NCBI GenBank assembly: GCA_005889535.1
Contig: VBHC01000115.1
Coordinates: forward strand, 1,221 to 65,220
DNA length: 64,000 bases
Source: Chloroflexota bacterium
GTDB lineage: Bacteria > Chloroflexota > Dormibacteria > CF-121
Direction: 5' to 3'
In this document: in pieces, positions 1 to 9,114 of the stretch
Layout: every line of letters begins with the position of its first letter
How positions within the stretch are numbered: position 1 is the first letter of the stretch
Position numbers and translations under genes: made by a program
The notes under the pieces: generated by a model
Database searches by the model: none
What the model was told of the DNA's origin: nothing
The model's input: only the letters and a program-made list of their open reading frames with translations

Positions 1-184
1 CCGCCGTCCCCGCCCGACGAGCTCGCTCCTGGAGTTCCATCGCCAGCCTGGTCTTCCCGACTCCGGCCTCGCCGGCGATGACGACCACCTGCCCGCTGCC
101 ACGGTGGGCAGCCAGCAGGGCATCCTCGAGGAGGCTCACCTCGCGTTCGCGACCAACCAGAACCGGGCAGAGCGCGCGATCCAT
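1..184 (-). CDS. Large ATP-dependent LuxR/MalT/AfsR-type regulator, N-terminal fragment (gene runs off the left edge)
   Basis: Manual minus-strand translation from ATG at 184..182: MDRALCPVLVGREREVSLLEDALLAAHRGSGQVVVIAGEAGVGKTRLAMELQERARRAGTA... Walker A GEAGVGKT follows a VGRExE motif. An in-frame TGA lies just upstream of the ATG. Absent from the ORF track because no stop lies in the window. Confidence 0.55.
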   Translation of the reverse strand, partial: MDRALCPVLVGREREVSLLEDALLAAHRGSGQVVVIAGEAGVGKTRLAMELQERARRAGTA

Positions 185-260
185 CAGTGCTCATCTTATG
201 GAGCCCTGGCGGGGCGACGAACGCCTGATCGAGATCCTTTAAGCTCCAGAGGTAGGACAG

Positions 261-1841
261 GTGATCTACAAGGGTCCGGCGCTCGAGATCCCGGATGTTC
301 CGCTGCCGCGCTTCGTGCTGCAGCGGTCGGCCAACCTGGGCGACGGGGTGGCCCTGGTCGACGGCGTCAGCGGCCGCAAGCTGACGTATGAGGCTCTGGC
401 TGACGGGGTAAATCGGGTCGCCTCCGCGCTGCGGCGTCGGGGCTTAAAGAAGGGTGACGTCTTCGCCATCTTCAGCCCGAATTTGCCCGAGTACCCGATC
501 GCCTTCCATGCGGTTGCCTCGCTCGGCGGCATCATTACGACGCTCAATTCCCTCTATACCCCGCGCGAGCTGAGCGACCAGTTGAGGGATTCGCACGCGC
601 GTTACCTGCTGACCGTGCCTGCCTTCATGGACCGGACGGCGGAAGCCATCAAAGGGCTCCCGATCGATGAAGTCTTCATTTTCGGAGAGGCGCCAGGCGC
701 GACGCCCTTCAGTGAATTGGTCTCGCAGGCGGCCGAACCGTTCCCTGTAGAGATCGATCCCGCGGAAGACGTGGTCGCCCTCCCCTATTCGAGCGGCACC
801 ACGGGCCTGGCGAAGGGCGTGATGTTGACGCATCGCAACCTGATCGCCAACGTACTGCAGGCCGAGCAGCGCATCCACCTCCGTGAAGGCGAGCGGGTGC
901 TGGGCGTCATGCCCTTCTATCACATCTACGGCATGACCGTGATCATGAACCTGGCCCTGCATGCCGGGGCGACCGTGGTCACCATGCCGAAGTTCGAGCT
1001 GGAGACATTCCTCCGAGTGATGCAGGACTATCAGGTCGCGCGGGCCTACGTCGCGCCCCCGATCGTGGTGGCGCTGGCCAAGCATCCGCTGGTTGACAAG
1101 TTCGACCTCTCCTCGGTGACGCTGGTCTTTTCCGGGGCCGCGCCACTGGACGAGAGCCTGGCTCAGGCGTGTGGCGCGCGGCTCAACTGCAAGGTCAACC
1201 AGGGTTACGGCATGACCGAAGCCAGCCCGGCGACCCACCTGGTGAGCGACGAGATCGACTGGAAGAAGGTCGGATCGATCGGCCCGGTGGTTGACGGCAC
1301 TGAATGCAAGGTGGTCGACATCATCACCGGAGAGGAGCTCGGCCCTGAGTCCGATGGCGAGATCTTGATTCGCGGTCCTCAGGTGATGAAGGGTTATCTG
1401 AACAACCCGACCGCCACCGCGCAGATCCTGGACAACGACGGCTGGCTGCATACCGGCGACATCGGTCACGCCGACGCCGACGGCGACTTCTACGTCGTGG
1501 ATCGTCTCAAGGAGCTGATCAAGTACAAGGGATACCAGGTGCCGCCCGCTGAGCTCGAGGCCATCCTGCTGACGCATCCGGCGGTGGCGGACGCCGCCGT
1601 GATCGCCAGTCCCGATGAGGACGCCGGCGAGGTGCCTAAGGCGTTCGTGGTGCTGAAGACTCCCGCAACACCCGATGAGCTGATGCAGTTCGTGGCGCAA
1701 CGCGTCGCGCCGCACAAGAAGATCCGGCTGGTGGAAACGATCGACGAGATTCCGAAGTCTGCGTCGGGCAAGATCCTCCGGCGCAAATTGGTCGAAAAGG
1801 AACGAGCGAAAGCCTCGGCGAAGCAAGAAGCACATCCGTAA
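261..1841 (+). CDS. AMP-dependent acyl-CoA synthetase/ligase (4-coumarate-CoA ligase / long-chain fatty-acid-CoA ligase like)
   Basis: 526 aa ORF with a GTG start. Adenylate-forming enzyme motifs are present: YSSGTTGLAKGVMLTHRN, GYGMTE, GWLHTGDIG, YKGYQVPPAELE, SGKILRR. Confidence 0.9.
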   Translation: MIYKGPALEIPDVPLPRFVLQRSANLGDGVALVDGVSGRKLTYEALADGVNRVASALRRRGLKKGDVFAIFSPNLPEYPIAFHAVASLGGIITTLNSLYTPRELSDQLRDSHARYLLTVPAFMDRTAEAIKGLPIDEVFIFGEAPGATPFSELVSQAAEPFPVEIDPAEDVVALPYSSGTTGLAKGVMLTHRNLIANVLQAEQRIHLREGERVLGVMPFYHIYGMTVIMNLALHAGATVVTMPKFELETFLRVMQDYQVARAYVAPPIVVALAKHPLVDKFDLSSVTLVFSGAAPLDESLAQACGARLNCKVNQGYGMTEASPATHLVSDEIDWKKVGSIGPVVDGTECKVVDIITGEELGPESDGEILIRGPQVMKGYLNNPTATAQILDNDGWLHTGDIGHADADGDFYVVDRLKELIKYKGYQVPPAELEAILLTHPAVADAAVIASPDEDAGEVPKAFVVLKTPATPDELMQFVAQRVAPHKKIRLVETIDEIPKSASGKILRRKLVEKERAKASAKQEAHP

Positions 1842-1864
1842 CGGTCCGGGCTGGGTCAGCCGAT

Positions 1865-2470
1865 CTGGATGGCGATCTGCAGATTCCCGTCGCCGCTCGG
1901 GCGGTCGTCGTCTTCGCCCACGGGAGCGGGAGCAGCCGGAAGAGTCCGCGCAACCGGTTTGTGGCCGATGTGCTGGTCGGCGCCGGGCTGGCCACGCTGC
2001 TCATCGATCTGCTCACGCGCCAGGAGGAGATCGTCGACATCCAGACAGCCGAATTGCGGTTCGACATTCGCCTGCTCGCCGAGCGCCTGGGTGACGTGAC
2101 AGACTGGCTGACAGACCAGGCTGCCACCGCGACCATCCCGATCGGGTACTTCGGCGCATCGACTGGCGCCGCTGCCGCCCTGATTGCCGCTGCCGATCGC
2201 CCGCAGACGGTTCGCGCGATCGTCTCCAGAGGTGGGCGTCCCGACCTGGCCACGGCGGTTCTGCCCAGGATTACGCAGCCGACGCTGCTGATCGTGGGCG
2301 GGGCCGACGACGTCGTCATCGACCTCAACCGACAGGCTCTCGATGCGCTGGCCGGCACCAAGCAGCTGGTGATCGTACCCGGCGCGACACACCTCTTCGA
2401 GGAGCCCGGCGCCCTCGAGCAGGTCGCATCGCTCGCGCGCGAATGGTTCAGCCGGTTTTTGTCGTCCTAG
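1865..2470 (+). CDS. Dienelactone-hydrolase-like alpha/beta hydrolase (start uncertain)
   Basis: The ORF-track start is GTG 1961, but the in-frame upstream translation reads ...[35 protein letters not shown], a conserved-looking N-terminal block. The nucleophile elbow GASTG lies downstream. No ATG/GTG/TTG is upstream in frame; CTG codons sit at 1865 and 1877. Confidence 0.7.
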   Translation: MDGDLQIPVAARAVVVFAHGSGSSRKSPRNRFVADVLVGAGLATLLIDLLTRQEEIVDIQTAELRFDIRLLAERLGDVTDWLTDQAATATIPIGYFGASTGAAAALIAAADRPQTVRAIVSRGGRPDLATAVLPRITQPTLLIVGGADDVVIDLNRQALDALAGTKQLVIVPGATHLFEEPGALEQVASLAREWFSRFLSS

Positions 2471-2763
2471 CCTCCGGCAACCGCCCCGACCACCAGCAAC
2501 GGCTCCGCCCCTTTCGCCACCGCCTCGGGTAGCGGCGTATCCGGCGGATCGTGGGACAGATCCTGCTCGCAGGCGAAGAACCTGATGAACGGTCGACGTT
2601 CCTTGCTGACGTGGTCGCGGATCGTTCCACGCAACATCGGATAGGATGCCTCGAGCGCATCGAGCACCGAGCGCTGAGTTGGCGGGCCTTCGACCTCGAG
2701 CTGTAGCTCGCCGCCCACCTGGGCCAGCTTGCGCAGATGCGCCGGAAGGACGACCCGGATCAT
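2467..2763 (-). CDS. MoaD/ThiS-family ubiquitin-like (beta-grasp) protein with C-terminal Gly-Gly
   Basis: Internal ATG of ORF 2467..2973: [26 protein letters not shown]...[10 protein letters not shown]. Its ATG overlaps the TGA of the upstream BNR gene (ATGA at 2760-2763). Confidence 0.75.
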   Translation of the reverse strand: MIRVVLPAHLRKLAQVGGELQLEVEGPPTQRSVLDALEASYPMLRGTIRDHVSKERRPFIRFFACEQDLSHDPPDTPLPEAVAKGAEPLLVVGAVAGG

Positions 2764-3875
2764 TGCAGCGTCTGGACTTCGACGGAGAGCACGGCCGGAA
2801 GGTCTCGGACGATCGGCGCCCAGCTGTCGCCCGCATCCGCTGAGGCATAGACCTGCCCGCCGGACGTGCCGAAGTACACGCCACCCGGATTCAGCGCATC
2901 CACCGCCATCGCGTCGCGCAACACGTTGAGGTAGCAGTCGCTCTGCGGCAAACCCCTGGTCAGCGCCTCCCATTCATTTCCGCCGTTCCGGCTGCGATAG
3001 ACGCGCAGCTTGCCTTCCGGCGGATAGTGTTCCGTGTCGCTCTTGATGGGGACCACGTAGATCGTGTCTGGTTCCTGGGGGTTGATGTCGATCGGGAAGC
3101 CGAAGTCGGACGGCAGGTTGCCGCTGATCTCGCGCCAGGAGTCGCCGGCATCGTCGCTGCGCATCACGTCCCAGTGCTTCTGCATGAACAGCACGTTGGG
3201 ACGCGAGGGATGCATCGCGATCCGATGGACGCAGTGCCCGACCTCGGCATCGGGATCGGGGATTCCCTCGGACCTCAGGCCGTGGTTGATTGGGCGCCAG
3301 GTCTTGCCGGCGTCGTCGCTCCGAAACGCCCCTGCCGCCGAGATCGCCGCGAAGATCCGCTGCGGATTGCTCGGATCGAGGATGATCGTGTGCAGGCACA
3401 TCCCACCCGCCCCCGGCTGCCAATCGGGCGCGGTCTTGTGGCGGCGCAGGCCCGGAAGCTCCTTCCAGTTGTGGCCGCCGTCGGACGTGAGGAAGATGGC
3501 GGCGTCTTCGACTCCCGCGTAGACCGTATCCGGGTCGGTCAGCGAGGGTTCGAGGTGCCAGACGCGCTTGAACTCAAAGGGACGCGGTGTCCCGTCGTAC
3601 CACTTATGCGTCCCGGGCTCGCCCTCGTACAGGAACTTGTTATCGAGGGTCTCCCAGGTCTTGCCGCCGTCGTTGGAACGCTGGATCACCTGCCCGTGCC
3701 AGCCGGTGGACTGCGACGCATAGATGCGATTCGGATCGGCGGGCGATCCTTTGACGTGATAGACCTCCCAGCCCCCGAAGTGAGGGCCGTCAACGCTCCA
3801 TCCTTTTCGCTTTGCGTCCGCCGTCAAGACGAACGCCCCCTTGCGCGTCCCAACCAGCACTCGTACTCCGCTCAT
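2760..3875 (-). CDS. BNR/Asp-box repeat beta-propeller protein (sialidase-like fold), no signal peptide
   Basis: ATG at 3875 is preceded by GGGAGGAAGG. Repeated Asp-box-like motifs occur: [48 protein letters not shown]. The longer ORF-track N-terminus (from 4064) is low-complexity and overlaps the next gene. Confidence 0.8.
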   Translation of the reverse strand: MSGVRVLVGTRKGAFVLTADAKRKGWSVDGPHFGGWEVYHVKGSPADPNRIYASQSTGWHGQVIQRSNDGGKTWETLDNKFLYEGEPGTHKWYDGTPRPFEFKRVWHLEPSLTDPDTVYAGVEDAAIFLTSDGGHNWKELPGLRRHKTAPDWQPGAGGMCLHTIILDPSNPQRIFAAISAAGAFRSDDAGKTWRPINHGLRSEGIPDPDAEVGHCVHRIAMHPSRPNVLFMQKHWDVMRSDDAGDSWREISGNLPSDFGFPIDINPQEPDTIYVVPIKSDTEHYPPEGKLRVYRSRNGGNEWEALTRGLPQSDCYLNVLRDAMAVDALNPGGVYFGTSGGQVYASADAGDSWAPIVRDLPAVLSVEVQTLQ

Positions 3876-3972
3876 GCCTTCCTCCCAAATCGACGCTTCA
3901 GACCAATCACCGCGCGAGGTGATTTTACCGGCACTCCCCTCCCCGCTCGTAGCTGACGCTTCGACCATCGGC

Positions 3973-4467
3973 TCAGACGGGCTGCAGGAGCTTCGCCAGT
4001 TTGTCGAGCTCACTCTCCCAACCCATGACCGCCAGTCGCGTCCACCGCTCGTCGTGCATCGCATCCAGGGTCAGGACCATCCGCACGCCCTCCGGGCCGG
4101 TGGCGAACTCGACGGTCATCGCCACCTCGTAGGGCTTGACGTTTGGGATGAAGTCGGCCAGCTGAGTGAAGGCAAGCCGCCTCGGGCGCACTACCTCGGT
4201 GTAGGTCACCCGTGCCTCCTGCGTCAGCGGCATCCCTGCCTTTTTCAAAAACTCCTTCTGCTCGGGCGCCGTTGCCGTCATCGCGTAGGTGAGTTCGCCG
4301 CCAGGCCGAAGTTCCAAACGGTGGACCTTGACGGCGAACCCTTCCGGGCCCCACCAGGACTCAATCCCGTCGCTGGTCGTCCAGAGCTGCCAGACGTCCT
4401 CGATGGGCGCGTTGAATGTCCGCTCGATGACGACTTTTCTGCGGGTACCCTGCGCCTCCGACGCCAA
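3973..4467 (-). CDS. SRPBCC / AHSA1 (Aha1-like) domain protein
   Basis: A TTG start at 4467 lies directly after the TAG of the upstream gene. The sequence [33 protein letters not shown] is typical of the AHSA1/SRPBCC fold. Confidence 0.8.
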   Translation of the reverse strand: MASEAQGTRRKVVIERTFNAPIEDVWQLWTTSDGIESWWGPEGFAVKVHRLELRPGGELTYAMTATAPEQKEFLKKAGMPLTQEARVTYTEVVRPRRLAFTQLADFIPNVKPYEVAMTVEFATGPEGVRMVLTLDAMHDERWTRLAVMGWESELDKLAKLLQPV

Positions 4468-4469
4468 AG

Positions 4470-4994
4470 CTAGGAGCCGCTCCGGTACGCGCGCTGCAAC
4501 GCGGCGAGGTCGAGCTTGCCCATCTTCAGCAGCGCTTCCATGACTTTCGCGGCGTTCCCTTTTGCCGGGTTGGCCAGCATCTCGCCCAGCGCGGCTGGAA
4601 CGACCTGCCACGACACGCCGAAGCGATCCTTGAGCCAGCCGCACGGTCCCGGTTCGCCACCGGCTGTGAGCCGCGTCCACAATTCGTCGATCTGCTCCTG
4701 GGTCTCGCAGGTCGCCACGAACGAAAAGGCTTCGGTGAACGCAAAAGGCTCTCCGCCGTCAAAGGCGGTGTACTCCTGCCCGTCGATGAGAAAGCTGGCG
4801 TGCAGCACGCTGCCTTTCGGAATTGGACCATCACCGTCGCTCCGGAGCAGGCTCAGGATCCTGGAATTCTTGAACAGCGAAACGTAGAAATTGATGGCCT
4901 CCTCGGCCCCGCGCTTGAACGTCAGAGACGGTCTGACACTTTGCACCTGCGCCTGGGTAGTCACGGCGGCCGTCCGGGTATTGGCTTGACTCAT
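4470..4994 (-). CDS. VOC / PhnB-like (3-demethylubiquinone-9 3-methyltransferase domain) protein
   Basis: ATG at 4994 with GGAGGAG upstream and an ATGA overlap with the arsR stop. The sequence FKRGAEEAINFYVSLFKNSRI...GWLKDRFGVSWQVVP is PhnB/VOC-like. Confidence 0.8.
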   Translation of the reverse strand: MSQANTRTAAVTTQAQVQSVRPSLTFKRGAEEAINFYVSLFKNSRILSLLRSDGDGPIPKGSVLHASFLIDGQEYTAFDGGEPFAFTEAFSFVATCETQEQIDELWTRLTAGGEPGPCGWLKDRFGVSWQVVPAALGEMLANPAKGNAAKVMEALLKMGKLDLAALQRAYRSGS

Positions 4995-5329
4995 TTGTGC
5001 TCCTCCTTGTGTTTCGGTCGGGTCCTGCGCCGTCGATCGAGTTCTGCGGCAAACCTGTCGAGCCGGGCCTCCCACATGCCGCGGTAGCCCGTGATCCAAT
5101 CGTTCAGTTCCTGAAAGGGTTCCGGGCGCAGCGCATAGAGTCGCCGCCGGCCCTCCGGGCGGACGGCCACGAAGCGGGCCTCCTGCAGGATGGCGAGCTG
5201 CCGTGAAACGCCCGGCTGCCCGATGTCCACCTCTTCGACCAGCTCACTCACCGAGTGCTCGCCGGTCTGAAGCGCCTCGACGAGGCGGCGACGGGTCGGG
5301 TCGGCCAGGATCTGGAAGACGTCCGGCAT
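4991..5329 (-). CDS. ArsR/SmtB-family transcriptional regulator
   Basis: 112 aa. ILADPTRRRLVEAL...HSVSELVEEVDIGQPGVSRQLAILQEARFV is a winged-helix ArsR signature. It is first in a three-gene overlapping set with the VOC and SRPBCC genes. Confidence 0.9.
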   Translation of the reverse strand: MPDVFQILADPTRRRLVEALQTGEHSVSELVEEVDIGQPGVSRQLAILQEARFVAVRPEGRRRLYALRPEPFQELNDWITGYRGMWEARLDRFAAELDRRRRTRPKHKEEHK

Positions 5330-5393
5330 AGCGACATATTACCTCAGCGACATATCGCGTCAACAATACGTCGGGACAAGGACATCGCCCCGC

Positions 5394-6065
5394 CTAACGG
5401 GCCGCTTGGTCGCTTCCGCTCCTGCTGCCGCCAGCGGCGGCGGGGAACAGGACCGAGCGCCGCCCTAACCGCCGCACCTGTCGCAGTCCGAGCATTACGG
5501 AAATCCCAGCGTAAGCCACGCCGCAGGCGGCTGCCACGACGCCGACCACCGGGCCAGGTGCGTTGAGCGCCACCGCGACCAGCGCGCCGAAGGCCCCGGC
5601 CAGGCCGGCGCTCACGAAGGTGATGAATGTTCCGCTACTGGCGAGCGGCTGGAGGATGGCCCGGGGACCCGCGAGGTGGTTGTAGGTCTGCCACACGCCA
5701 CGACTGTCGTCGTGCGCAGAGGTCACGAAGTAACGCTCGATGGCCGGGTCGAGCTCAACGTAGCCGGCGCGCAGCCGGTTCATGCCGATCACGTGGGCAA
5801 GGTCTTCGATCGCCGCGTTGCCCACGCGAATCTGCGTCAGCGTACCGATCACCACGAGCATCCCCAGGAGCACCAGGGCGAAGGCGATGAAGCGCCCGTC
5901 GAATCGCGTCACCTGCCCGATCAGGGCGAGACCGACGATGCTGGACGACACGAGCATGAGAAAAGTTGTGATTCGACTCAGGACCTCACTTTGCGCCGTG
6001 CTCCGCGTGGCCAGCAAGCTCCAATGCTCGGTCGCCAGCAGCTGTGCCCGCACGGCAGGCGGCAC
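5394..6065 (-). CDS. Hypothetical integral membrane protein
   Basis: 223 aa with several hydrophobic helices (FLMLVSSSIVGLALIG, FIAFALVLLGMLVVIG, FITFVSAGLAGAFGALVAVAL). No family recognised. Confidence 0.6.
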   Translation of the reverse strand: MPPAVRAQLLATEHWSLLATRSTAQSEVLSRITTFLMLVSSSIVGLALIGQVTRFDGRFIAFALVLLGMLVVIGTLTQIRVGNAAIEDLAHVIGMNRLRAGYVELDPAIERYFVTSAHDDSRGVWQTYNHLAGPRAILQPLASSGTFITFVSAGLAGAFGALVAVALNAPGPVVGVVAAACGVAYAGISVMLGLRQVRRLGRRSVLFPAAAGGSRSGSDQAAR

Positions 6066-6103
6066 GCCGCCGGTCTCCGGCCTGGTCGCGTCGGGAGTTG
6101 GCG

Positions 6104-6517
6104 TTAGCTCGTCACGCTGCGGCTCGGCGTGCCACCGAGCCGGAACGCCTCCCGAACCATCCGCTTGACCGCCGGGCGCTCGGCATCGGCGGGCGAATGC
6201 AGTGTGATGAAGCGAGAGTCCTTTCCTCCGCCCGCGAGCAACTCGCTCGGGTCGTCCAGCTCACGTCCGCGGTAGAACCAGAGCGTCGCGTGCCTCGGGA
6301 ACGTGCCGATTCCGACCACGTTCGCGCCGTCGACCGCATAGCGGGCAATCTTCCACATGGCTCGACTCGATCGCGGCGGCTCACTCCGATAGGAAATCTC
6401 CGTGGCTTTGGGGGCGACGGTCCTGACCAGCTGACGCGCGGCTTTCACCGTCGGGCGCACGGCGGCCGGGATCTTCGAGAGCTGTTCGGAAACAGAGATC
6501 TCGGTCGCACCCGCCAT
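6104..6517 (-). CDS. DUF1801 (YdhG-like) domain protein
   Basis: 137 aa. The pattern AVRPTVKAARQLVRTVAPKATEISY...GIGTFPRHATLWFYRG resembles DUF1801. Confidence 0.6.
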   Translation of the reverse strand: MAGATEISVSEQLSKIPAAVRPTVKAARQLVRTVAPKATEISYRSEPPRSSRAMWKIARYAVDGANVVGIGTFPRHATLWFYRGRELDDPSELLAGGGKDSRFITLHSPADAERPAVKRMVREAFRLGGTPSRSVTS

Positions 6518-6530
6518 CGGCTGGACTCTA

Positions 6531-8392
6531 TCAGGCGCGAACGGCCGGCGTGGCGCCGAACGGTGGCAGCACCAGGTAGCTCATCAAGAGGCCGATGATC
6601 CCGGCTACGACGATGGTGCCCAGCCAGAGATGGATCGACCAGCCGATGCCGGTGGTGAGCTGCAACGAGAGAAAGTAGCACGCGTAGGCGATCACCGGGA
6701 CGGCGACACTGAACAGCCGTATCGACCCGGGGCGCCCGATCCGCGGCCTGAGCCGCCACAGTAGGATGTCGCACAGGACACCGGCCAGGATTGCGCCAGG
6801 AATCAATCGATACTGGTCCTGCAGAAAGCTAAGCAGGACGGCATTCAGGCCGACGATCAACGTCAGGCTGCCAACCGGCAACGTGGCTCCGCAGAGCCCG
6901 AGCAGCAGAATGCCGATCAGCAAGGCCGCCTGGACGATGATCCCGGCGGCGCCGAGCGCCTGGCGGAAAAAGGGGGTGGCGTCGGCGGGCGGATTCGTGC
7001 TGGCCGCATAGAGGAGATGGCGGCCGTCGGAAGACCAGCCGGGCGCCGAGGCGTCCAGCTGGACGCCGCTGTTCTGCACCACGTTCTGTTGACCGGTTCC
7101 GTCGGCTCGCGCGACGTAGACCTGCGCATGCCCGCCGCGGTTGGAGTTGAAGGCGATCTTCGTGCCGTCGGGCGACCAGGAGGGCAGCCAGTCGTCCGCG
7201 TTGGAGGTGATCAGCCGGCGCTGATTGGAGCCGTCCGGAGACATGCTGTAGATCTGCAACCGCCCCGTTCGGTTCGAGTTAAACGCGATGGTCCGGCCGT
7301 CCGAGGACCACGAGCCTCCCCAGCTGCTGGACCCGCTCGTCAGCCGGCTCCGTCCGCTGCCGTCGACGCCGATGATGTAGATCTGGTCCTGCCCCTCGCG
7401 ATCCGAGTGAAACAGCAGCCGCGTCCCGTCCGGAGAAAAACCGTCCAGGATGTCATTGGACTGCCCGTCGGTCAGCAGACGAGCATCGCCTCCCGTGGCC
7501 GGTAGCAGACCAATGGTCCACTTTTGGGTGTCCTGGCGGAAGAACGAAACGCCGACCAACTTGCCATCGGGGGATGGGAGCGGACCAAGGTACCAGCGCG
7601 GAGCCCCCGACAGGCGTGTCGCATCGGAGCCATCAGCGGCCATGCGAAAGACATCAGCGACGGGATCATGGCCGGCGATGGCGCGTGCACGGGTGAAGAA
7701 GATGAAGGCGCCGTCCGCCGAAAATACCGGACTTCCATCGGAGGCGCCGCGGCTGATGGTCAGCCGGGTCTGATGGGCGCCATCGGCGTCGACCTGGTAG
7801 ATCTCGCTCGCCGCAGTGGCTGCCACCGGGCTCACCTCAGCCCAGGGGTCGACCAGCGGATGAACGAACTGGGTGAACCCAGTGAAGATCGACAGCGACA
7901 GCGCCAGTGAGAGGACCGCCGGGATCCTGGCGAGCCACCGGCGGGATTCTCGTGCCGGATCGCGCCATGCCGCCCGAAGTGATCCGGTGACGATCAGCAC
8001 ACCGGCGGCGGCAAGCACGAGGTGCGTCGGACTGAGCAGGGCATCGACGCTGAACTCCACTCCGAAGAGCAGGTGCCAGACGAGGTCGGCGCCGCCGCCC
8101 AGCACAAAGAGGGCGACGCCGACGAGCGAGAGGCCATAGCCGGCGGGCAGGCTCTGCCACCACGGCGCGCCGCGATGCCACGCTCGCCAGGCCGTGACCG
8201 ACAGAAAACCCCGACGGCCGCCAGCATCGAGTAGAGGACGGCGTGCCAGGGCGTAAAGAAGGTGTTGTCGGTCCGCCCGTGGGCATGTGCCCACAGGTCG
8301 AGGTAAAAGCCGCCGACCAGGACGGTCGAGAGTCCGGCCATCGCCCAGTCGAATCGGGGGCTCGCCTTGCGCGCCGATGCCTGAGTGGCCAT
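6531..8392 (-). CDS. Polytopic membrane protein with a central TolB-like (PD40/WD40-like) beta-propeller; apparent 1-nt frameshift near 8205-8212 (pseudogene or assembly indel)
   Basis: PD40-type repeats are present: FSPDGTRLLFHSDREGQDQIY, WSSDGRTIAFNSNRTGRLQIY, WSPDGTKIAFNSNRGGHAQVY. They are flanked by transmembrane (TM) helices. The N-terminal TM region (MATQASARKASPRFDWAMAGLSTVLVGGFYLDLWAHAHG...SMLAAVGVF) lies in a different frame (ORF 7994..8425) and joins the main frame at the run ggggtttt. Confidence 0.7.
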
Positions 8393-8476
8393 GATGCTGT
8401 GCCCGGTTGGCCAACATGATGGCACAGGGTTACGAGTGCCGCCCGACCGAGTGACAACGTTGGAGCCGCTACCTTC

Positions 8477-8977
8477 TCAGGCGCCGATCGTTACCAGCAA
8501 GTCCCAGGTGTTGCGCAGTGACACGAAGAGGAGGACGACGGTGGCGATAACAAGCCACGAGAACGCCGCGGTGAACGATGAAAGAAGCAGTGCGCCCGCG
8601 CCGATGACGGCCAGATAACTGAGGCCGCTCAAACCGAAACGCAGCAGCAGATGGTGCAGCCGCAACGATCGTCTCGGACTCCGGATCGCCGCGAGCAGGC
8701 TTGGCGCCGTGACCGCAAGGCTGACCAAACCCGAACCGATGAGCTGCGTTGCAGCCGACGATTGTCCCTCGGGTATCACCATGAAGAGGGCCACAAAGAG
8801 AACGAGGGCAAAATTGGCCAGCGTCACGCGGGCAAGACCACGTGCGTCGGAGCGCGCCAGCACGATCCGTAGGTGGAGCGACAGACCAACGAACAGGAGA
8901 CCGACCAACGTTGCCGAAGCCGTCCCGGCGATCACGAAGAAATCGTGCCAGCCGCTCACCGCGGTCTGATATGACAC
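8477..8977 (-). CDS. Hypothetical integral membrane protein
   Basis: 166 aa with about five hydrophobic helices. No family recognised. Confidence 0.6.
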   Translation of the reverse strand: MSYQTAVSGWHDFFVIAGTASATLVGLLFVGLSLHLRIVLARSDARGLARVTLANFALVLFVALFMVIPEGQSSAATQLIGSGLVSLAVTAPSLLAAIRSPRRSLRLHHLLLRFGLSGLSYLAVIGAGALLLSSFTAAFSWLVIATVVLLFVSLRNTWDLLVTIGA

Positions 8978-9114
8978 CTGGTTACTAGTCTGACAGGTGG
9001 GGCCGACTTAAAAATGAAGCTGGAGACGACGCGCCGACCCAGCAACCACAGCCGTTACTGGCCGCTTGAAGCGAGTCTGCATCGCTGCTGGAGCACCCCG
9101 CGGCGCTGCATGTC

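Noticed and set aside
444-1835. 463-aa minus-strand ORF opposite the acyl-CoA ligase
   Set aside because: Shadow ORF. The plus-strand ligase carries all the AMP-binding motifs, and the antisense product is low-complexity and Arg/His-rich.
2467-2470. Palindromic CTAG shared by the stop codons of the convergent hydrolase (TAG 2468-2470) and MoaD-like (TAG on minus, 2467-2469) genes
   Set aside because: It is real in the sequence but is a trivial consequence of two convergent TAG stops overlapping. There is no evidence of function.
8195-8220. Programmed ribosomal frameshift in the TolB-like membrane gene
   Set aside because: The shift site is a plain G4/T4 homopolymer junction in the middle of a TM helix. 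It has no canonical slippery heptamer (X XXY YYZ) and no obvious downstream pseudoknot. An indel is the simpler explanation.
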